A stretch of 64,000 nt of DNA from an uncultured Actinomycetes bacterium (GTDB lineage Bacteria > Actinomycetota > UBA4738 > HRBIN12), in NCBI GenBank assembly GCA_963716935.1, contig CAVQUN010000006.1, forward strand, positions 163,241 through 227,240, given 5' to 3'. How positions within the stretch are numbered: position 1 is the first letter of the stretch; the number at the start of each line of letters is the position of its first letter. Below the pieces are notes generated by a model. The model did not search any database and was not told the origin of the DNA. It saw only the letters and a list, made by a program, of their open reading frames with translations. A program made the position numbers and the translations under genes. This document shows positions 62,862-64,000 of this stretch, piece after piece.

Positions 62862-64000
62862 GTGCCCGAAACCGACCCCTTCGCCTGGCATCCCGAGCCC
62901 GAGCTGATCGGCTATCGCGACCCCGCCCGGGCGCGCGCGGCGCTCGAGGCGTTCGGGCGCGCGCTCTGGGACGCGAGCCTGGACTACCTCTACGACGAGG
63001 CGATGCGCCGGCCGGTGGCGCCCACGACCTATCCCGAGATGCGGCGCCGGTTCTTCGGCCCCGCGAACGCCCCGTCGCCGGCGCCGGAGGGTCCGTCCGC
63101 CTCGGCCGCGCTGCTCGAGGAGTTCCGCGAGCGCATCGCGCCCGCCGTCTTCAACTCGCAGCATCCCGGCGCGTTCAGCTACTTCACGCCGCCGCCGCTG
63201 CCGGTCTCGATCGGCGGCGAGCTCCTTTCGCAATGGATGCAGCAGGGCGTGGACATCTGGGCCGCCGGTCCCGTGTCGGCGTTCGTGGAGGAGGAGGTGA
63301 CCGCCTGGCTCCGCGCGCTCGTCGGCGTCGGGGACGGGAGCTGGGGCGTGCTCACCTCGGGCGGCGTGATGGCCAACGTGATGGCGATGACCGTGGCGCG
63401 CGACGTCCACCTCGCCACGCTCATCGGCGAGACCGCCGCGCCGCGCGGGCGCGCGCTCGAGAAGGTGCGCGTGTACGCGAGCGACCAGACGCACTTCTCG
63501 ATCGCGCGGGCGATCGACGTGCTGGGGTTTCCCGAGGGGACGCTGCGCGTCATCGAGTCGGATGAGGCGTTCCGGCTGCACGGCGCGCCGGTGGAGTCCG
63601 CGATCGAGGAGGATCTCGCGGCCGGCCTCGTCCCGTTCGCGATCTCGGCCGTGTCGGGCTCGACGAACACCGGATCGGTCGACCTGGTGGGCGAGCTCGC
63701 GGACGTCGCCGAACGACACGGGCTCTGGTTGCACGTGGACGCGGCGTACGGCGGCGCCGCGCGACTGTCGGCGCGCGACGCCGCCCGCGTTCCGGACCTC
63801 GAGCGCGCCGACAGCGTCACGATCGACCCGCACAAGTGGTTCTTCCAGGCCTACGACGTCGGCTGCCTGGTGGTGAAGCGCCGCGACGACCTCCTGCGGA
63901 CGTTCCACCGCGAGCCCGAGTACTACCGCTACCCCGCGCCCGAGGAGGCGCCCCTCAACTGGTACCAGTACTCGCTCGAGGGCACGCGGAGATTCCGGGC
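62862..64000 (+). CDS. PLP-dependent group II decarboxylase, paralog (3' end outside window)
   Basis: Open frame from GTG 62862 to the window end (absent from the ORF track because it has no stop). [25 protein letters not shown] motifs. Confidence 0.8.
   Translation, partial: MPETDPFAWHPEPELIGYRDPARARAALEAFGRALWDASLDYLYDEAMRRPVAPTTYPEMRRRFFGPANAPSPAPEGPSASAALLEEFRERIAPAVFNSQHPGAFSYFTPPPLPVSIGGELLSQWMQQGVDIWAAGPVSAFVEEEVTAWLRALVGVGDGSWGVLTSGGVMANVMAMTVARDVHLATLIGETAAPRGRALEKVRVYASDQTHFSIARAIDVLGFPEGTLRVIESDEAFRLHGAPVESAIEEDLAAGLVPFAISAVSGSTNTGSVDLVGELADVAERHGLWLHVDAAYGGAARLSARDAARVPDLERADSVTIDPHKWFFQAYDVGCLVVKRRDDLLRTFHREPEYYRYPAPEEAPLNWYQYSLEGTRRFR

Noticed and set aside
61341-63908. 855-aa minus-strand ORF
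   Set aside because: Antisense to the cyclase-STAND gene and the terminal decarboxylase. Pure Arg/Pro/Ala low complexity.

Overview
High-GC (about 70%), densely coding actinobacterial-type chromosomal segment with roughly 50 protein genes and one tmRNA. There are no rRNA genes, CRISPR arrays or IS elements. Two conserved housekeeping blocks are recognisable: ahcY, comF-like, hpf, LuxR-type response regulator, DinB-like, secA; and prfB (with its programmed +1 frameshift site), YfhO-like membrane protein (antisense), ftsE, ftsX, smpB, ssrA. Immediately 3' of the tmRNA sits an accessory-looking stretch: vapBC toxin-antitoxin, flavin monooxygenase, secreted BNR protein, and an AcnX / aminotransferase / NPP / GcvT-like / two CrtI-like oxidoreductase cluster. 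Other content includes three clustered Ser/Thr kinases (two PknD-like with extracellular beta-propeller repeats) next to a peptide-type ABC binding lipoprotein; two adenylate-cyclase/AAA-ATPase/TPR STAND-like proteins and one AAA/TPR/LuxR regulator; a DUF1326-DUF2182 pair directly upstream of a MoxR/DUF58/transglutaminase operon; a UvrD-like helicase; PPK2; two PLP-decarboxylase paralogs; and Fpg/Nei. A lower-GC locus (53.0-58.6 kb) encodes a secreted metzincin with TSP3 repeats, a secreted vWA protein and adenosine deaminase, all multiply frameshifted. Many otherwise well-conserved genes (ftsX, moxR, tgpA-like, luxR-AAA, DUF1326, possibly prfB 3' end) show single-base frame breaks, typically at short G runs. 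This pattern fits sequencing or assembly indels better than widespread pseudogenisation. The numerous long Arg/Ala/Pro-rich antisense ORFs in the ORF track are GC artefacts.
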